Virus record (IMG/VR): IMGVR_UViG_3300028591_000065
Reading direction: 5' to 3' (one strand)
Source: a virus
Length of the DNA stretch: 26,765 nt
Shown here: one piece after another, positions 24,378 through 26,765 of the stretch
Layout: each line of letters opens with the position of its first letter
Numbering within the stretch: the first letter of the stretch is position 1
Program-made: the position numbers and the translations under genes
Notes under the pieces: model-generated
The model's input: only the letters and a program-made list of their open reading frames with translations
What the model was told of the DNA's origin: nothing
Database searches by the model: none

Positions 24378-24824
24378 ATGCAAGAACTAATTAATAGACT
24401 ATTTCAATTAAATACATACCAATTAAGCAAAGTAAATGAGTTTATAGATAATCTACTAAACCCTAAAAAACATAGAAGTTTATCACAAAATGCTTATATG
24501 TGGCAATTAATAAACGAGATAGGGGTAAAGGTAAGAAAGAGCAAAGAAGAAGTATACTTGCAGATGTTAAAAGATTATGGGGTAAGTGAAATAGTGAGTA
24601 TGCTTTCTTCTATTTCTCCTAAAGGGTTCTTTAAATATTATGAAGCAATAGGAACAGGAATAGTAAACAATAAAGAGTTTACTCATTATAAGATTTATAA
24701 AGGTAGTAGTGAATATGACACAAAAGAAATGAGTGTACTAATAGACGGCGTAATACAAGAAGCTGAAAATCTAGGTATACCTACTTTAACAAAAGAAGAA
24801 ATAGAAAAAATGAGGTTAATATGA
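24378..24824 (+). CDS. NinB/Orf-like recombination mediator candidate
   Basis: HRSLSQNAYMWQLINEIG ... YKGSSEYDTKEMSVLIDGVIQEAENLGIP parallels lambda NinB (RSLDQN..LW ... STS.M...EF.ELLE.IQAFG) by eye. Confidence 0.45.
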   Translation: MQELINRLFQLNTYQLSKVNEFIDNLLNPKKHRSLSQNAYMWQLINEIGVKVRKSKEEVYLQMLKDYGVSEIVSMLSSISPKGFFKYYEAIGTGIVNNKEFTHYKIYKGSSEYDTKEMSVLIDGVIQEAENLGIPTLTKEEIEKMRLI

Positions 24825-25354
24825 TAGAAACATGGAAACAAATTGATAACACTTTATATTATGTTTCTAATTTTGGAAGATTTAAAAAGAAAAACCCTAA
24901 AAATGGTTATAGGTTTATAAAACCATTTAAAGAGCATAACAAGTATGTTATTAAGGTTAATGGTAAATGTATGACCTGCTCTCGTTTAGTTGCTAATGCT
25001 TTTATAAAACCTCTTACAAAGAGTGATTGTGTATATCATAAAAATAAAATGGAGTGGGACAACTATTATAGGAACTTGCAAGTATTATCTAAACAAGAGT
25101 TAGGGAAAAGAACAGGACATGTATCACGATCCAAGTCTGTAGTACAAGTTGAAAATGGAGAAATAGTCAAAATGTTTAGGAGTACAAGAGAAGCAGGAAG
25201 AAAGTTATACATAAGTTATCAAACAGTACTAGATTATTGCAAAGGTAAAGTTAAAAACCCTATGTATAATCTAATGTTTGAAGATGATTATTTCGATAGA
25301 GTTTTACCTGCATTTAGTTGGGAACATAAAAAAGGAACGCCAAAGAAAAATTAA
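24821..25354 (+). CDS. Free-standing homing-endonuclease-like protein (NUMOD4 N-terminus, degenerate HNH_3 core, C-terminal NUMOD1/IENR1-like HTH)
   Basis: NUMOD4 pattern: TWKQIDNTLYYVSNFGRFKKK. HNH_3-like core: VYHKNKMEWDNYYRNLQVLSKQE. HTH pattern: FRSTREAGRKLYISYQTVLDYCKGK. Confidence 0.6.
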   Translation: MIETWKQIDNTLYYVSNFGRFKKKNPKNGYRFIKPFKEHNKYVIKVNGKCMTCSRLVANAFIKPLTKSDCVYHKNKMEWDNYYRNLQVLSKQELGKRTGHVSRSKSVVQVENGEIVKMFRSTREAGRKLYISYQTVLDYCKGKVKNPMYNLMFEDDYFDRVLPAFSWEHKKGTPKKN

Positions 25355-25370
25355 TAAAGGAGTGATAACA

Positions 25371-25502
25371 ATGGCATTTTTAGGTGGTGCATTTTGTGGT
25401 TTAATTCTAGGTGGTGGTTTTGGTTTATTACTAGGTTGTTGTTTAGCAAGTGCTAGTAAAGAAGACAAATATTTAGAAGAAAACTGGAGACATAAAAGAT
25501 GA
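25371..25502 (+). CDS. Small glycine-rich membrane peptide (43 aa)
   Basis: ATG 25371 lies 8 nt after AAAGGAG. Translation: MAFLGGAFCGLILGGGFGLLLGCCLASASKEDKYLEENWRHKR. The track's 25278 start overlaps the upstream gene. Confidence 0.55.
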   Translation: MAFLGGAFCGLILGGGFGLLLGCCLASASKEDKYLEENWRHKR

Positions 25503-25888
25503 GCGAAAAAGAACTATCAAGATATTATAAAATTAGGCAAGAAATAGACGATTTAGAAAATAGAATAAAAGAGTTTGGAGACGGAGTAAGTGGTATTGCT
25601 ATAAAAGATATTATTACAATGTCTTCTGGAAAACACGAAAGTTTACAAGAGAAGCTAGTGTTATTAAAAGATAAATGGGTAGAAAAAAGAATATCAGCAC
25701 TAGAAGAATATTTAAAAATAGAGAATTACATAGACAATGTAGATGATCCAGAGACAAGAACAATAATGCGTTTACGTTTCCTAGACCTTTTAACTTGGGA
25801 AGAAATAGGGGAAGTAGTACATATGGAACGTACTAGTGTATCAAAGAAGATAAGAAAGTATATAAAGGTGCAAAATGCAAAACAATAA
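25499..25888 (+). CDS. Putative late-gene transcriptional activator (sigma-70 region-4-like HTH; RinA/ArpU-type role)
   Basis: 129 aa. N-terminal coiled segment: YYKIRQEIDDLENRIKEF. C-terminal segment RTIMRLRFLDLLTWEEIGEVVHMERTSVSKKIRKYI resembles sigma region 4. The gene lies near the end of the early arm. Confidence 0.55.
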   Translation: MSEKELSRYYKIRQEIDDLENRIKEFGDGVSGIAIKDIITMSSGKHESLQEKLVLLKDKWVEKRISALEEYLKIENYIDNVDDPETRTIMRLRFLDLLTWEEIGEVVHMERTSVSKKIRKYIKVQNAKQ

Positions 25889-26033
25889 TTATGTATATTA
25901 TCGAGAAAGTCAAAAAGAAGAAAAGAAACCAAACTACTTATTAACTATACTAGGTGCAATATTTATGGTTGAGTGTATTGTAATGTTAGGAATATGGTTA
26001 AGTGCATTATGGTATTTAGAATATGGAGTGTAA
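25875..26033 (+). CDS. Small membrane protein (52 aa), not in the ORF track
   Basis: ATG 25875 follows AAAGGTG and overlaps the upstream stop. TM segment: LLTILGAIFMVECIVMLGIWLSALWY. Confidence 0.45.
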   Translation: MQNNNYVYYRESQKEEKKPNYLLTILGAIFMVECIVMLGIWLSALWYLEYGV

Positions 26034-26036
26034 AAT

Positions 26037-26249
26037 ATGAATAAATTAAAAGAAAAATGGGCAAGTTTATTTATACCTAAGAAAAGTCCATATTGTCATC
26101 ATAAGTTTAAAGTAAAAAGAGATACATGCTACGCAAAACCTTGTAAGTATTGGTGTTATAAAAATAATTTAGAATATTGCAAACTTTTAAAGAAAGAATT
26201 ATCAATACAAGACCAAGTAAAAGACTGTGGTATAAATGAAGATTATTAA
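26037..26249 (+). CDS. Cysteine-rich hypothetical protein
   Basis: 70 aa with six Cys residues (CHH...C....C...C.......C). RBS TGGAGTG. Confidence 0.55.
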   Translation: MNKLKEKWASLFIPKKSPYCHHKFKVKRDTCYAKPCKYWCYKNNLEYCKLLKKELSIQDQVKDCGINEDY

Positions 26250-26265
26250 AATAGGAGTATAAAGT

Positions 26266-26604
26266 ATGAAAGTAGGAGATTATATAAGAACTAAAAAAGG
26301 AACTATATATCAATTTAATTCAACAAGCAGTAAGGCATTAAATGGTGCTAAAAAATACGCAGTAAAATCAAGTCCAAACATCATAGATTTAATAGACGAA
26401 GGAGACGTTTTAAAAGTAAATGATTTTAAAGATGTTTATACAATATATGAAGTAGAAATGTTTAGAAATCCATATACAAATGAAAAATATTTAGGAATAA
26501 GAAATGATTTTGATAGAAAGCCAAAAAGATTATATGAAATACCATTAGTTAATTTATCAATAGTAACAAAGGAACAATTTGAAAGTATGGAGTATAAAGT
26601 ATGA
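26266..26604 (+). CDS. Hypothetical protein
   Basis: 112-aa ORF preceded by the GGAGTATAAAGTATGA start cassette. Confidence 0.6.
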   Translation: MKVGDYIRTKKGTIYQFNSTSSKALNGAKKYAVKSSPNIIDLIDEGDVLKVNDFKDVYTIYEVEMFRNPYTNEKYLGIRNDFDRKPKRLYEIPLVNLSIVTKEQFESMEYKV

Positions 26605-26765
26605 CAGCAAGAGAAATGTTTATTGATGTGAATATGAAAAAAGTATATGAAGATGATAGAATTTTGCGATATGAAGATTTTCTTACTCGTGAGTTTTATG
26701 TAATATTTTATAAAAAAGAAAAAATGTTTGAAGCATTTACAAATTATGATTGTGTGATAACTATT
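26601..26765 (+). CDS. Hypothetical protein, N-terminal part of the junction-spanning ORF (continues at 2..190)
   Basis: ATG 26601 lies inside the third copy of GGAGTATAAAGTATGA. The ORF is open to the window end and in frame across the 127-bp overlap. Confidence 0.6.
   Translation, partial: MTAREMFIDVNMKKVYEDDRILRYEDFLTREFYVIFYKKEKMFEAFTNYDCVITI
26639..26765. repeat. Terminal direct repeat, identical to 1..127
   Basis: See the feature at 1..127. Confidence 0.95.

Noticed and set aside
1-26765. Scan for CRISPR arrays, tRNA/tmRNA cloverleaf candidates, transposase or IS ends, integrase with attP, reverse transcriptase (DGR or retron) and toxin-antitoxin pairs.
   Set aside because: I found no regularly spaced repeat-spacer pattern, no tRNA-like acceptor/T-arm signature in the few intergenic regions, and no ORF with recombinase, transposase or RT motifs. 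Absence was judged by eye only, so profile searches should confirm it.

Overview
The window is a complete, circularly closed genome of a small, very AT-rich tailed phage with a siphovirus-type, HK97-like structural module. Bases 1-127 are identical to 26639-26765, so the unique unit is 26,638 bp, and one ORF (26601 -> 190) crosses the junction. Strong AGGAGG-type ribosome-binding sites and an M15 + SH3b endolysin point to a low-GC Gram-positive, Clostridia-like host; the host cannot be determined further from sequence alone.

All genes but one are on the + strand, in three blocks:
- Early arm (20218 -> 26765/1 -> 1688): two strong sigma-A-type promoters, a Cro-like HTH, a replisome organizer (DnaD-like), an HTH_39-like protein, a Zn-ribbon protein, a Rad52-like annealing-protein candidate, SSB, a NinB/Orf-like protein, a NUMOD4/HNH homing-endonuclease-like gene, a sigma-region-4-like late-activator candidate and many small ORFans.
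- A 385-nt ORF-free, highly structured spacer (1689-2073).
- Late arm (2074-19724): a tail-assembly-chaperone-like G/GT pair, HNH, terS (P27-like), terL, portal, prohead protease, major capsid, four connector/tail-completion genes, major tail protein, tape measure, an 858-aa evolved Dit, Tal, a DUF859-like receptor-binding candidate, holin, endolysin and a membrane-anchored coiled-coil protein.

The only minus-strand gene is a second HNH nuclease (19773..20108). It sits between a bidirectional terminator and the early promoter. I found no integrase, CI-type repressor, partition gene, tRNA, CRISPR array or transposase.

Most noteworthy observations:
- The tail-chaperone pair appears displaced about 7.5 kb from its canonical slot. 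It needs a +1/-2 rather than a -1 frameshift, and the canonical slot holds tandem hairpins with a terminator.
- A promoter, a ~115-nt structured leader and a terminator sit upstream of the Cro-like gene, and the terminator stem contains that gene's Shine-Dalgarno sequence.
- The structured spacer precedes a late operon that contains internal intrinsic terminators, which suggests a possible RNA-based antitermination logic.
- A terminator plus a triple CTGGAATAG repeat lies between the protease and capsid genes.

All family assignments come from motif recognition by eye; no database search was run.
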